Below, piece after piece: positions 51,762 to 61,773 of a stretch of 64,000 nucleotides of DNA. A model generated the notes under the pieces. That model searched no databases. It was not told the origin of the DNA and saw only the letters and a program-made list of their open reading frames with translations. Numbering within the stretch: the first letter of the stretch is position 1; each line of letters starts with the position of its first letter. Source of the DNA: an uncultured bacterium (GTDB lineage: Bacteria; Chlamydiota; Chlamydiia; Chlamydiales; SM23-39); assembly GCA_963716985.1 (NCBI GenBank), contig OY970323.1, forward strand, positions 1 to 64,000, given 5' to 3'. A program made the translations under genes and the position numbers.

Positions 51762-52961
51762 TCAAAGAAGAAGCTGCTTTGCTTTCGAAAAAACGTCTTC
51801 TTCTTTTAAGAGCAAAAGACAGTTTCGAGAAGAGCATCGATTATTGAAACAAGGAAAGCATTCCATCGGAGCATGAAGAGTTCTTGCACTCGGCGGACAC
51901 CAATGAAGGGGAGAATTCATCCCGGAAAAAAGAACGAGTGTTGGAGTTCCAAAAGCACAAGCAATGTGCACCAAGGCCGTATCGATCGAAATCAATAGCT
52001 TTGCATTTTGAATGCAAACAACGAGCTCTTGCCAATCTAGCGCATCGCATAAGCTTTGTGCTTTCGACAGGCCCTGCATCACAGAGGCGATCTTTTCTTT
52101 CTCGACAGATCCCCTTCCCGTAAAAACCACAAAAACATCCTCATCTGCGAATCTTTTTGCAAGATTTTTCCACTTCTCTAAAAGCCACTCTTTTTTTTCA
52201 ACGCCCGATCCTATGTGAAGAATCACATACCCCTTTTCTTGAGCCGGAAGCGAAAGCTTTCTAGAAAGAGATGCCGTTTCTTTTTCTCCTACCGGACTGA
52301 GAGAGGGTTGGATATCTTGCAAAAAAAGCTCTTGGATCCCAAGTTTTTTGAGAAGATCCTTATAATATCCGGAAACGTAATGCTCCTGATCGCTCCAGTT
52401 CATAGGATCGGTTAGAAGAGAGCCAAAGCCTCCGCTCGCATAGCCGATGCGGCAAGGAATGTGCGCACATGCGATGAGAAAAATTGCATTGGGAAAATGA
52501 AAATTAAGATCGATTGCGGCGTCATAGCGAATTTTTCTCAGCTCGCGATAGGCGCGAAAAAAACTTTTGTAATAGCGAATAACTTTTTTCCAAAGAGGTT
52601 TCTCGGATCGGTTATTTTTCCAATGGTCTAGAACGTGCAGATGATCAATGTCGGGATGACCTTCTAAAACAACTTGGGACCAGGAGCCTAAGACAAAGCC
52701 AATGGCTGCATGCGGAAATGCTTTTTTTACAACGGGAAGAACCGATGTGGCAATCACCAGATCGCCCAAATGGCCCGTGTGGCAAAAAAGAATCTTCCGG
52801 TAAGAAGTTTTGGGCAAAGGCCTTTTGGAAATTGTGAAGAGAGAAAAAAAACCATCCGTTGTCTTTAAGAAAAGATAGAGCAGGGGATGTTGGACCAGAT
52901 ATCTGCCCATAAGAGGAGAGCGTTTTTTTTGCCGACTACTCCAAAATTTCGATATTTTCAT
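51762..52961 (-). CDS. Glycosyltransferase family 9
   Basis: [30 protein letters not shown]; the start may be 52910. Confidence 0.88.
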   Translation of the reverse strand: MKISKFWSSRQKKRSPLMGRYLVQHPLLYLFLKTTDGFFSLFTISKRPLPKTSYRKILFCHTGHLGDLVIATSVLPVVKKAFPHAAIGFVLGSWSQVVLEGHPDIDHLHVLDHWKNNRSEKPLWKKVIRYYKSFFRAYRELRKIRYDAAIDLNFHFPNAIFLIACAHIPCRIGYASGGFGSLLTDPMNWSDQEHYVSGYYKDLLKKLGIQELFLQDIQPSLSPVGEKETASLSRKLSLPAQEKGYVILHIGSGVEKKEWLLEKWKNLAKRFADEDVFVVFTGRGSVEKEKIASVMQGLSKAQSLCDALDWQELVVCIQNAKLLISIDTALVHIACAFGTPTLVLFSGMNSPLHWCPPSARTLHAPMECFPCFNNRCSSRNCLLLLKEEDVFSKAKQLLL

Positions 52962-54918
52962 AGGATCTCAATAGGTCTCTAAAATGGGCGGCATCTTCGA
53001 ACCGAAGCTCTTTTGCAGCTATTTTCATCTCCTTGCGATACTCTTTGATCTTCTCCTCAATCACTCCGATCTTATCCTTTTTATTGTAAAGCTGCTTGAC
53101 TTCTTTTTCTTCCGGGGCCATCCCAAAGGTTTCTTCAAGGTCTTCAATGCGCGCCTTTTGAATCGTTTGGGGGACAATGCCATGCTCTTTGTTATACGCT
53201 TCCTGAATCAATCGTCTTTTTTCCGTGATTTCGATCGCTTCTCGAATCGCATCGGTTTTGCGATCGGCATACATAATCACGCGGCCCAAAACATTGCGCG
53301 CGGCCCTTCCGCAGGTTTGAATTAATGCCGTCTCGCTTCGTAGGAAACCCTGCTTGTCTGCGTCGAGGATCGCAACGAGCGTCACTTCGGGAATGTCGAG
53401 TCCTTCGCGCAAAAGATTGATGCCCACCAAAACCTCGAAATGTCCCAGACGGAGTTCTTTGATGATATGGATTCTCTCCAAGGTGTCCACATCGGAATGG
53501 AGATATTTGGCGCGCACTCCGATTTCCGTTAAAAATTTCGTCATGTCTTCGGCCAATTTTTTGGTGAGCGTTGTCACCAGCACACGGCCCTTCTTTTCTG
53601 TTTCTTTGCGAATTTCTTCCAAAACATCGTCGATCTGCCCCTCGGCTTTTTTGACTTCAATGGAGGGGTCTAGAAGGCCTGTGGGACGAATGATCTGCTG
53701 CACCACCTCTCCTCCGGCCTCTCCAACCTCCCAAGGGGAAGGAGTGGCTGACACGTAAACGACCTGATGGATTCGCTCTTGAATCTCTTCAAATCTTAAG
53801 GGCCGATTGTCAAAGGCAGAGGGAAGACGAAAGCCAAACGCAACAAGCGCCTCTTTGCGCGCTCTGTCTCCATTATACATCGCATGCATTTGGGGAATCG
53901 TCTGGTGCGACTCGTCCACAAAAAGCAAAAAGTCTTTCGGAAAATATTCGAGAAGACAGGGAGGAGGATCTCCTGCCTTGCGATGAGAAAAGTGGCGGGA
54001 GTAATTCTCAATTCCCTTGCAAAAACCAATCTCCTGAATCATCTCAAGATCGTAAAGAGTTCTCTCTTTGATGCGCTGTTTTTCCACGAGTTTTTCTTCT
54101 GCTTCGAATTGGGCGATGCGCTCTCCCAATTCTTTGCGAATCGATTCAATTGCAGAAATGCGCACATCTTCGGGCGTCACATAGTGAGATCCCGGATAGA
54201 CGGAAAGGCGATCGACCAATCTTTTTGTCTTTCCGGTCAGAGGATCGATCTCGCTGATTTTTTCCACCTCATCGCCAAAAAATTCGATGCGATAGCCAAG
54301 GTCCTCTTCGTAGGCAGGAACTATTTCGACCACATCTCCCCGCGCACGAAAGGAGGCGCGCACAAGGTCCATGTCGCTTCGCTTATAATGCATCTCCACA
54401 AGATGGAGCAAAAGATCATCCCTGCGAATTTGCTGTTTGATGTGCAAAGAAAGCACCATTTTTGCGTAATATTCGGGCAGTCCCAAGCCATAAATGCAAG
54501 AAATGGAAGAGACGATGATCACGTCTTTTCTTTCAATCAAAGAGCGCGTTGCGCTCAAGCGCATCTTATCGATGCGATCGTTGATTGCCAGATCCTTTTC
54601 AATATAAGTATCGGTTCTGGGAATGTAGGCTTCGGGCTGGTAATAATCATAATAGGAAACAAAATACTCCACCGCATTGTCGGGGAAAAAAGATTTGAAT
54701 TCCTGATAGAGCTGCGCGGCAAGCGTCTTATTGTGAGCTAAGACGAGGGTGGGCTTTTGCACATTTTGGATCACGTGCGCCATGGTAAAAGTTTTGCCGG
54801 AGCCGGTGATCCCTAAGAGAACCTGCGCCCTCTTTTCATCGACAATGCCGCGTGTGATTTTTTGAATCGCTTGAGGCTGATCACCGCGAGGGATAAAAGA
54901 AGTGTTTAAACGAAACAT
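52936..54918 (-). CDS. uvrB: Excinuclease ABC subunit B
   Basis: [41 protein letters not shown]. Confidence 0.98.
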   Translation of the reverse strand: MFRLNTSFIPRGDQPQAIQKITRGIVDEKRAQVLLGITGSGKTFTMAHVIQNVQKPTLVLAHNKTLAAQLYQEFKSFFPDNAVEYFVSYYDYYQPEAYIPRTDTYIEKDLAINDRIDKMRLSATRSLIERKDVIIVSSISCIYGLGLPEYYAKMVLSLHIKQQIRRDDLLLHLVEMHYKRSDMDLVRASFRARGDVVEIVPAYEEDLGYRIEFFGDEVEKISEIDPLTGKTKRLVDRLSVYPGSHYVTPEDVRISAIESIRKELGERIAQFEAEEKLVEKQRIKERTLYDLEMIQEIGFCKGIENYSRHFSHRKAGDPPPCLLEYFPKDFLLFVDESHQTIPQMHAMYNGDRARKEALVAFGFRLPSAFDNRPLRFEEIQERIHQVVYVSATPSPWEVGEAGGEVVQQIIRPTGLLDPSIEVKKAEGQIDDVLEEIRKETEKKGRVLVTTLTKKLAEDMTKFLTEIGVRAKYLHSDVDTLERIHIIKELRLGHFEVLVGINLLREGLDIPEVTLVAILDADKQGFLRSETALIQTCGRAARNVLGRVIMYADRKTDAIREAIEITEKRRLIQEAYNKEHGIVPQTIQKARIEDLEETFGMAPEEKEVKQLYNKKDKIGVIEEKIKEYRKEMKIAAKELRFEDAAHFRDLLRSYENIEILE

Positions 54919-55038
54919 GGGACATCAAATTTTTCCCTTCAGCATAGCGCGTATGAGGGAAAAAGAAGAGACCTTTTTTATGAAGACGAGCGAGAACACC
55001 ACCAGCCTCGTGCTGGTGGATGAGAGCTCGCCCATTAA

Positions 55039-55408
55039 CTAACCTCGTGATTTTTGAGTTTCAATGTATTTTCTCACGGAATCTTCTGTGATATGCCCAA
55101 CTGTTGCATAATATGTGCCCTTGCTCCAAAGTCCAGATCCCCAAAATTTTCTACTTTTCAGTTGAGGGAATCTATTGAAAAGATGTACGGCGGAGATAGA
55201 TTTCAATGTTTTGGCAATTGCAACGGGTGCAGTTTGGGGAGTGGCCCGGACAAAAATATGTACATGGTCTGGCATAATAATGAGCATATGCTTCTGCTAA
55301 GACCTTTTTCCATTCAATTTCAATGGCATCTTTTAGAATCTGATGACAATATTTTGGGCACCAAATGATGTGATATCCAAGAAAAAATTTTGCGTGATTT
55401 GTTGCCAT
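55039..55408 (-). pseudogene. tnpA: IS200-family Y1 transposase, frameshifted
   Basis: GYHIIWCPKY lies in one frame and MPDHVHIF (HUH)...KYIETQ in another; the junction near 55280 looks like a deletion. Confidence 0.88.
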
Positions 55409-55437
55409 CGCCAACCTATAAGTACAATACATTACCC

Positions 55438-56574
55438 ATGAAAAGAACGGTGCCAATTCCAATCACACTCAATCCCTCTTCCTTTCTGCCTCTTATGGAG
55501 TGCTGTGCTCATATTTTCAACGACCATGTCGATTGGGCGCTCGAAAACAAACCATGTAATAAATCAAAGGCTCATGCAGCCCTCTATGAACAGATGAAAG
55601 AAAAACATCCGGATGTCCCGACAGCATTCATACAGACCGCTCGAGACACTGCCATGGAATCGGTCAAGGGCACGTCTTTTAAAAAAAGACCCCGGAAGAA
55701 AAAACATTCCGGCCTTCGCTTTGACAAACGAACGATGAACTTGCGGGGAGAACAACTCACTTTGTCGAGTATGGGTAAAAGAGAAAGGGTAATACTGAAC
55801 ATACCCGATTACTTCCGTCCTATTTTCGATTCTTGGAAATTAAAAGGCGCTACATTAACTTATAGCGTAAAAACAAAGCAATTTTGGATCCGTCTTGTCT
55901 ATGAAACAGAGTCGCCCGCTCTAAAAACAGAGGGTAAGGTTTTTGGGATCGATCGGGGGATACGGCAACTCGCAGTTACTTCCGAGGGACAATTTTTTTC
56001 AAATAGTACGATTCGCGCATCCCAGCGCCGTTATTTGTACAACAGGAAGACAGCTCAGGCAAAAGGCACTCCTTCTGCTCGTAGTCGATTAAAGGCTATG
56101 AGTGGAAAAGAGAAGCGGTTCAGCCGTGACGTCAACCACCGAGTTACCAAGCAGCTTGTAAGTTTAAGCGATGTAAAAACCTATGTTCTTGAAGACTTGA
56201 AGGGCATACGTAACAAGCGTCGAGGAAGAAAACTCAATAAGAGATTGGGCAGTTGGCCTTTTCATCAGTTTGGTTTTTTTCTTACTTATAAGGCGGAAAT
56301 GCTTGGCAAAGAGGTTGTCTATGTGGATGCATATTATACAAGCAGAAAATGCAGCTGTTGCAAAACAATTCAAAAGAACAACAGGAAGAAATCAAAATAT
56401 CACTGCAACCAATGCAATTTTCAGCTTCACGCAGATTGGAATGCTGCGATCAACATAAGAGATAGTTACATACTCTCTTCTACGCAAAAAGTGTCTGAAG
56501 AGCAGGCTGCTGTCATCCAGCCATATGTGACGATCGGAAACGGTCAGTCACAAGCCTATTGCCTTGTGCAGTAG
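55438..56574 (+). CDS. tnpB: RNA-guided endonuclease TnpB
   Basis: RuvC motifs GIDRG, LEDL and ADWNAAINI are all intact; zinc finger CSCC...CNQC. Confidence 0.93.
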   Translation: MKRTVPIPITLNPSSFLPLMECCAHIFNDHVDWALENKPCNKSKAHAALYEQMKEKHPDVPTAFIQTARDTAMESVKGTSFKKRPRKKKHSGLRFDKRTMNLRGEQLTLSSMGKRERVILNIPDYFRPIFDSWKLKGATLTYSVKTKQFWIRLVYETESPALKTEGKVFGIDRGIRQLAVTSEGQFFSNSTIRASQRRYLYNRKTAQAKGTPSARSRLKAMSGKEKRFSRDVNHRVTKQLVSLSDVKTYVLEDLKGIRNKRRGRKLNKRLGSWPFHQFGFFLTYKAEMLGKEVVYVDAYYTSRKCSCCKTIQKNNRKKSKYHCNQCNFQLHADWNAAINIRDSYILSSTQKVSEEQAAVIQPYVTIGNGQSQAYCLVQ

Positions 56575-56603
56575 GTAGTTGACTGCAAAGCTCTTTTTTT
56601 CAC
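56440..56603 (+). ncRNA. Predicted TnpB omegaRNA/reRNA (scaffold in the right end, guide from flank 56584 onward)
   Basis: Established TnpB architecture; hairpins GGCTG..CAGCC and GTGAC..GTCAC precede the right-end hairpin. Boundaries are inferred. Confidence 0.6.
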
Positions 56604-58214
56604 ACGCCTCATTTCCTGCCCCATGCGGCCCAGCTCATATCCTTCAAAATCGACAAATCGAAAAAATCTTTCAAACGCCGGGAGTACAATGCAAACTTGG
56701 CGCACCATTTCTTGGGCAACGGCGCGATAATTCGGATGGCCCGCGGGAGAGGATCTAAGCTCAGAGAGCCATTGAAGAGAGCGTAAATTGACGTGGAAAT
56801 ACCAGCGCATATGATAGGCCATCGGAACAACGTATTGCGCCTCTTCCGGAAGCTCTGTCGCAATGAGATCGTAGGCCTTTTTTGCCTCTTCCATAGCTTG
56901 AACATATTCTTTTTCCATCGCACTTCCCACAATTTCACGAGGCAAGAAATACCCATAATGGCAGCCGAGAAGCTGCCTTTCCTGAGTCAGCATGCGATGG
57001 CGTTGCAAATCCCGATAGATGCCGAAATCGGCCACTATCTCAAAAGTAAAAGAGGCCCTTTCGAGTGCGCGCGGAGATTTATGGCGGCGATTCTCTCTAG
57101 AAAAACACGCGGCATCTAAAATGCGCGCCACATCCTCTTCGGGAATATGGCGAACGTAAGATTCAAGATCGGAAAGGCTTGCGTCTAAATGTTCAAAGAG
57201 GAGCGCAGATGCTACTTTTGCGGGAGCGTCAGGATCGTGCGCAATGAGAAAAACGCCCGCATCTCTTCTCTCGGGAATGTTGGGCCTATGGGTTTTTGCA
57301 AGCAGATGCAACTCCTCTCTCATCTGTTCGGAAAAATCGACATAGGCCTGTGTGTATTTGCTCGCAGGATCGGCCCTCTTGACAAATGAGGGAATTGTCT
57401 TGGTCAATTCTCCCAGCATCTCTTTCGAAATCTCCCGTAGCTCGGAGAGATTGTGAACGCTGAGCTTGCGAATGACATGTTCAAAAAACCGGCCATTGCC
57501 AAAAAGGCCCAGATTAGTCAGGCTGCTTGCCGGAAGAAGTCCGCGCAAGCAGTCCAATACCTTGGCGCGAAGAGCAGCCGTATAGGCAGCCTTCGATACG
57601 TGGCTGTCTTTCGGAAGTTTTTCTTCCATTTGCAGAGTGAGTGGCGGAATCAGTTTGCTATAGGTTTCAAAAAGCCGATTGCACGTTTGCAAGTAAAGAT
57701 CGCGATAGGCAGAGGTCATGAGCACGGGTTCTTTATAAAAGAGGTACTCTCCATCTACCTTCTGATCGAAATAAATATACCTCGTAGACTTCTCGAGCGG
57801 CGAGCCGCCAATGCGATTGTCCTCAAGGCCCTTGGCGCCAATCATCGAGATATTTTCAACCGCAAGATGCGCGCCTCCAAGCTCGGCAATGGAATCATCT
57901 CCAAAGCCATCCAGGATGCGATCGTAAAAATCATGGGCTTTTTTGATCGCCGTCATCTGCTCTTCTTCTGCATTTTCGGAAGAAGAAAGAGTGGGGCCGA
58001 CAATCGAGGAAAAAGCAGAATCTTCGTTGAGAATAAACTCTTTTAAAAGAAGGGACCTTAATCCCAGGTTGGACCGAGAATAGCGAGAAAAAAGAGCTCC
58101 CTTGATCACTTCGGGAAGATTGCGCAAAACAAAAACGTTCCCCGAGGTGTTAGAAACAAAACCGCTCAATACTTTTTTTTGATGCTCGGTAAACTCCTCC
58201 AGACCTTGCGTCAT
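56556..58214 (-). CDS. thyX: FAD-dependent thymidylate synthase, tandem-domain chlamydial type
   Basis: LFSRYSRS, GFGDDSIAELG, EKSTRY, RDLQRHR, ELRSSPAGHPNYR; start placed at MTQG. Confidence 0.92.
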   Translation of the reverse strand: MTQGLEEFTEHQKKVLSGFVSNTSGNVFVLRNLPEVIKGALFSRYSRSNLGLRSLLLKEFILNEDSAFSSIVGPTLSSSENAEEEQMTAIKKAHDFYDRILDGFGDDSIAELGGAHLAVENISMIGAKGLEDNRIGGSPLEKSTRYIYFDQKVDGEYLFYKEPVLMTSAYRDLYLQTCNRLFETYSKLIPPLTLQMEEKLPKDSHVSKAAYTAALRAKVLDCLRGLLPASSLTNLGLFGNGRFFEHVIRKLSVHNLSELREISKEMLGELTKTIPSFVKRADPASKYTQAYVDFSEQMREELHLLAKTHRPNIPERRDAGVFLIAHDPDAPAKVASALLFEHLDASLSDLESYVRHIPEEDVARILDAACFSRENRRHKSPRALERASFTFEIVADFGIYRDLQRHRMLTQERQLLGCHYGYFLPREIVGSAMEKEYVQAMEEAKKAYDLIATELPEEAQYVVPMAYHMRWYFHVNLRSLQWLSELRSSPAGHPNYRAVAQEMVRQVCIVLPAFERFFRFVDFEGYELGRMGQEMRRVKKRALQSTTYCTRQ

Positions 58215-58310
58215 TGGACAGCTCCTTTTTTTTGTAACCAAAACCAAACCATTCAAGGTTCGAGAAGAAAAGAAATCCTAGCACTATAAAAGAAAGAGTG
58301 AAAATTAAAA

Positions 58311-60461
58311 TCAATTTAAATCCTCTCTCTCCTCATGTAAAATAGGAAATAAAGACTTGCCCGTTTTTGCTCGCGCGCCCACATCTCTGAGCCAGGCCGA
58401 CATTCCATAGCCGATTTTGGAGCGGCTGCTTTTATTCATGAACCAATCGAGCGGCATAGAAAAAGAAAACCCCTTATCAAAATAACGCTTCCCATTCACA
58501 CGATCGCCGCCGTCCGTCACCGTTATCCAAAGAGAAAAATGAAAGCCCGAAGAAAAATACCGCGTCCATTCCAAGCGCATTCCCTTATCTCTGGCCAAAA
58601 ATTGACCTAAAGTGACCTTAAAATAGGTCTCCAGGGGACGAAAATCATAATAAAATTCCAAAAAATATTGCAGCCCAACGTAAGGCACATGGTGGAGAAT
58701 ATTGTTCTGAGAAAGCTTTCGAACCTTTGTTTGAAAAGAGAGCCCCGAATATTTTCGTTTCATCACGCTTGCTATCTCGCATCCGACCGCCCATGAGGAG
58801 GAAACGGGATAATAAAGAGCCTCAAAAGCCGCCCCCGCATAGGCAATCTCAAAATATCCAAGGCTGGATCTTGCAAAAAAACCATGAGAGCAATTCCAAT
58901 GTTTTTGCAAATAGGCCGTTTGGAGGTGAAGCGACTGTTTCTGATTGTAGCGGACCGTGTCCGAGCGCACTTGCAGAAGATGGGATGGATTCAGAAAATC
59001 CCGCCCCCCCATTCTCCTCGTGCTGGAAGAAATAATATAGGAGGCGCAAAGATCATAATAAATCTGATCCATGAGATACCCTTGCGGTCCCGTGATTAAA
59101 TGCAGATCATATTTGAACTTTCCGCTCGTACTTCCAAAATAGGAAATAAATCCCGGCCTGAACGTCCAAAGCCAGATCGATTTTTTGCGATGATAGAGAA
59201 GAGCATCTTCATAAAATGTGGGAGTACGTGACGCCTCTCTCAAAGGAGTAAGAAGATGCAGCTCGTAATCTCCCATTTCTCCTTTTGCCCAACGCTCCAG
59301 ATCTTTCATGCGGAAGAGATATTCATGAACAGCAAGTCCATCAGCTTCCACTACCACAGTCACGGTTGTAATATCTCTTGGCGTTAAGGAAGAGCAAAGG
59401 CGCTCAATCCTCTCGCGCACCCTCCCCTCTTCTCGATAGGAAACATTGACCACCTTCATCCAAAGATGTTTGTTTTTCTCCGCATCCACTCTGAGATAAA
59501 GAGTCATGAGATCCAGGCCTTGTTCATGAAAAGCATGACACAGCTCTTGTGTCAGCTCTTCTTCACAGCGCCTGCCTCCTAAGGGCTCCACATCCACCGG
59601 GGCCGTATAAAGCGGAGGGTCTTTAAATTTAGGGAAAAGACCTCTCGCTTTGCCAATGTTGTAGTCAAAAGCAGCGAGTGCCGCAAGATCGTTTCCCCGA
59701 AGGGAACTTGCTGCAAGCCGGAAACCGGGACCTACTTGATACTGGATGCCCGCATTCACGCGAGAGCGCACCCTCCTTCCCCCGGGATGTTCCGCAATGT
59801 GATGTTTGTAGTCATTGGCATCATATTCGATCGCAAAAGAAAGCCCCTTAAAAAGGCTTCGATCAAAAGGGCTCCAAACAATTCCTCCGAAAGCACCTCG
59901 GATGCGTCCGCATCCCCAACCGAGCGTGAGCTCCAGGCGCTCTTTCAAAAGCTCTTGGGTCGCAACCGCATAAAAGCTATGAAATCTTTTCGACCCCAAA
60001 AAATCATTCATTCCTAAAGCAAATTCGGGCAGATAGGGAATGCCATCCTCTTTTCGCAAAAGAGCGACCTTAATGTTGAGAGAGCGTTCGGCATCATCTC
60101 CAAATCCAAAACGGCCAAAGTTGGTTTCGGGAATTCCCTTAAAAACCCAATAATTTCCCGTAAGCTCCACGTGATGAAAATACTGAAAAGCAACGCTATA
60201 GACTCGATAGGGGGGAATATAGGAAAAACCAAGGGCAGCGCTTCCTTCCGCAAGCATGCGGGCAGACGGCATGGTAAAAATGCCTCCCTGCATTTGATCA
60301 TTTAAAAGAACGGGAAGCCTTTCATGAATCTTCTCGTCGATTTGCAAAACGCTCTCTAAATCTCTGAAAAGCTTCTCCTCCTTTTGCAACGGACAAATCT
60401 CTTCTTCGCCAAAGATAACAGATGAAAAAAGGGGGAGTGCCAACAAAAAAACCCATCTCAT
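58311..60461 (-). CDS. YjbH-domain outer-membrane protein
   Basis: GGIFTMPSARM, LTLGWG, EYDANDY, GYFEIAYAG, GQFLARDKG, FDKGFSFSMPLD; signal peptide from Met 60461. Confidence 0.85.
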   Translation of the reverse strand: MRWVFLLALPLFSSVIFGEEEICPLQKEEKLFRDLESVLQIDEKIHERLPVLLNDQMQGGIFTMPSARMLAEGSAALGFSYIPPYRVYSVAFQYFHHVELTGNYWVFKGIPETNFGRFGFGDDAERSLNIKVALLRKEDGIPYLPEFALGMNDFLGSKRFHSFYAVATQELLKERLELTLGWGCGRIRGAFGGIVWSPFDRSLFKGLSFAIEYDANDYKHHIAEHPGGRRVRSRVNAGIQYQVGPGFRLAASSLRGNDLAALAAFDYNIGKARGLFPKFKDPPLYTAPVDVEPLGGRRCEEELTQELCHAFHEQGLDLMTLYLRVDAEKNKHLWMKVVNVSYREEGRVRERIERLCSSLTPRDITTVTVVVEADGLAVHEYLFRMKDLERWAKGEMGDYELHLLTPLREASRTPTFYEDALLYHRKKSIWLWTFRPGFISYFGSTSGKFKYDLHLITGPQGYLMDQIYYDLCASYIISSSTRRMGGRDFLNPSHLLQVRSDTVRYNQKQSLHLQTAYLQKHWNCSHGFFARSSLGYFEIAYAGAAFEALYYPVSSSWAVGCEIASVMKRKYSGLSFQTKVRKLSQNNILHHVPYVGLQYFLEFYYDFRPLETYFKVTLGQFLARDKGMRLEWTRYFSSGFHFSLWITVTDGGDRVNGKRYFDKGFSFSMPLDWFMNKSSRSKIGYGMSAWLRDVGARAKTGKSLFPILHEEREDLN

Positions 60462-60625
60462 CAAATTTCCGTCTCGGATCAAAAAAAGTTGCTGCGCGCT
60501 TAACTCTATATCACGAAAAATCTTGCAAATCAAGAAAGATGGAGAGATAGAAACGGAAAAAAATAATTTGCAAGCAACGTAAAAAACAATTAAGATTTTC
60601 TCTTTTAAAAATAGATGAGACTCGC

Positions 60626-61390
60626 ATGGAAAGAAAACGACTGACCTCTTTATTAATGATCCTGACATTTTCTATTTTTGGATTACTGCTTGGTTCCGAT
60701 TTGTTTGCAAAAGACAAACAAAAAAGAGGCTTCTCCAGAGAAGAGCTTCTCATTGCCCACGTAAAAAACTCCTTGCATCAAGCAGAGAAAACTGCATTTT
60801 CTCTCAATTCCGCCATTCTGCATATCGATAGCCGATCAAGCCCCAAGATCGGGTGCTTTCTTAACCACCTCTGCACTCTTGCGGATACTTGCTATTTAGA
60901 GATCGGATGCCGGAAAGGAGCCACCCTCGCTGCGGCCCTTTTTCATAATGAATCCAACGTCGCTCACGCCATTGCCATTGATCTCTGGGCAGAAAAGGAA
61001 GAGACAAGGGCAGATTTCTTGCACAATATAGAAACCTTCATTCCAAACGCTCATTTGAGAATCTACGATACCGACTGCTTTCAGATCAAAAATTCAGAAG
61101 TTTTTCCAAGGGCCGTCAACATCTACTTTTATGACGGAAGCCACAAAGCGCCCGACCAAGAAATGGCCTTCACCTATTTTAATGACGTTTTTGACGATCT
61201 ATTCATTGCGATCGTCAATGATTGGAATTCTCCCGGAGTAGAGCTTGCCTCTAGAAATGCCTTTCAAAAACTTGGATATCAGATTCTTTATGAAAAAAAA
61301 CTCAATCCGAATATCAACCGAGACCACTCTTTTTGGAAGAATGAATTGTACATAGCAGTAATCAAAAAAAAGTCTTGCAACTGCTATTAA
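60626..61390 (+). CDS. Class I SAM-dependent methyltransferase with N-terminal hydrophobic leader
   Basis: YLEIGCRKGAT, AIDLW, YFYDGSH, IVNDWN. Confidence 0.78.
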   Translation: MERKRLTSLLMILTFSIFGLLLGSDLFAKDKQKRGFSREELLIAHVKNSLHQAEKTAFSLNSAILHIDSRSSPKIGCFLNHLCTLADTCYLEIGCRKGATLAAALFHNESNVAHAIAIDLWAEKEETRADFLHNIETFIPNAHLRIYDTDCFQIKNSEVFPRAVNIYFYDGSHKAPDQEMAFTYFNDVFDDLFIAIVNDWNSPGVELASRNAFQKLGYQILYEKKLNPNINRDHSFWKNELYIAVIKKKSCNCY

Positions 61391-61773
61391 AAACCGTTCT
61401 TAAAAATCCGTGAAAGCCCAACACTTTTTGCGATGATGCCGATTGGAGCAAAATAGCCGTCGCTTCCCCACCTATGGCTTAAAGGAACTTGGATAGCCAT
61501 TTTTTCCCAACTTCAATCCGGCAAGATTCTATTTGCTCCTCAAGGAAAACCACCGAAAACCCAACCCCTTTCTCGCCCTGCCAACGAAAACACATGTCGT
61601 TGATTATCAATGTCGTTTTTCATCAATAGGCGATAGAATTGCCTTTCTTTTTCTTGTAAATTAATGGTTTTTTGCCTATCATAATTTTCATTAAAAAGGG
61701 CTCTCTTGTTTTTTATGAACCAAAAAAAGTTTCATTTTAATTTTAAAAAAGAGGCCAAGGGCATGGAAATCCA

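Larger units (their letters stand above)
54982..56583 (+). mobile_element. IS605-type element (divergent tnpA/tnpB)
   Basis: 5' flank TTTAT (54977-54981); left-end hairpin 54999-55019; right-end hairpin 56555-56575 ending GTTGAC. Removing the element restores the thyX stop codon. Confidence 0.9.

Noticed and set aside
53884..54741. 285-aa plus-strand ORF and similar long antisense ORFs in groEL, uvrD, manC and thyX
   Set aside because: They lie entirely opposite conserved genes, as expected for antisense shadows.
58278..58304. CIRCE-like CTAGCACTA-N9-GAGTGAAAA upstream of thyX
   Set aside because: It has four mismatches in AT-rich DNA and is equally explained as a minus-strand extended -10 (TGCTAGGAT); thyX is not a usual HrcA target.
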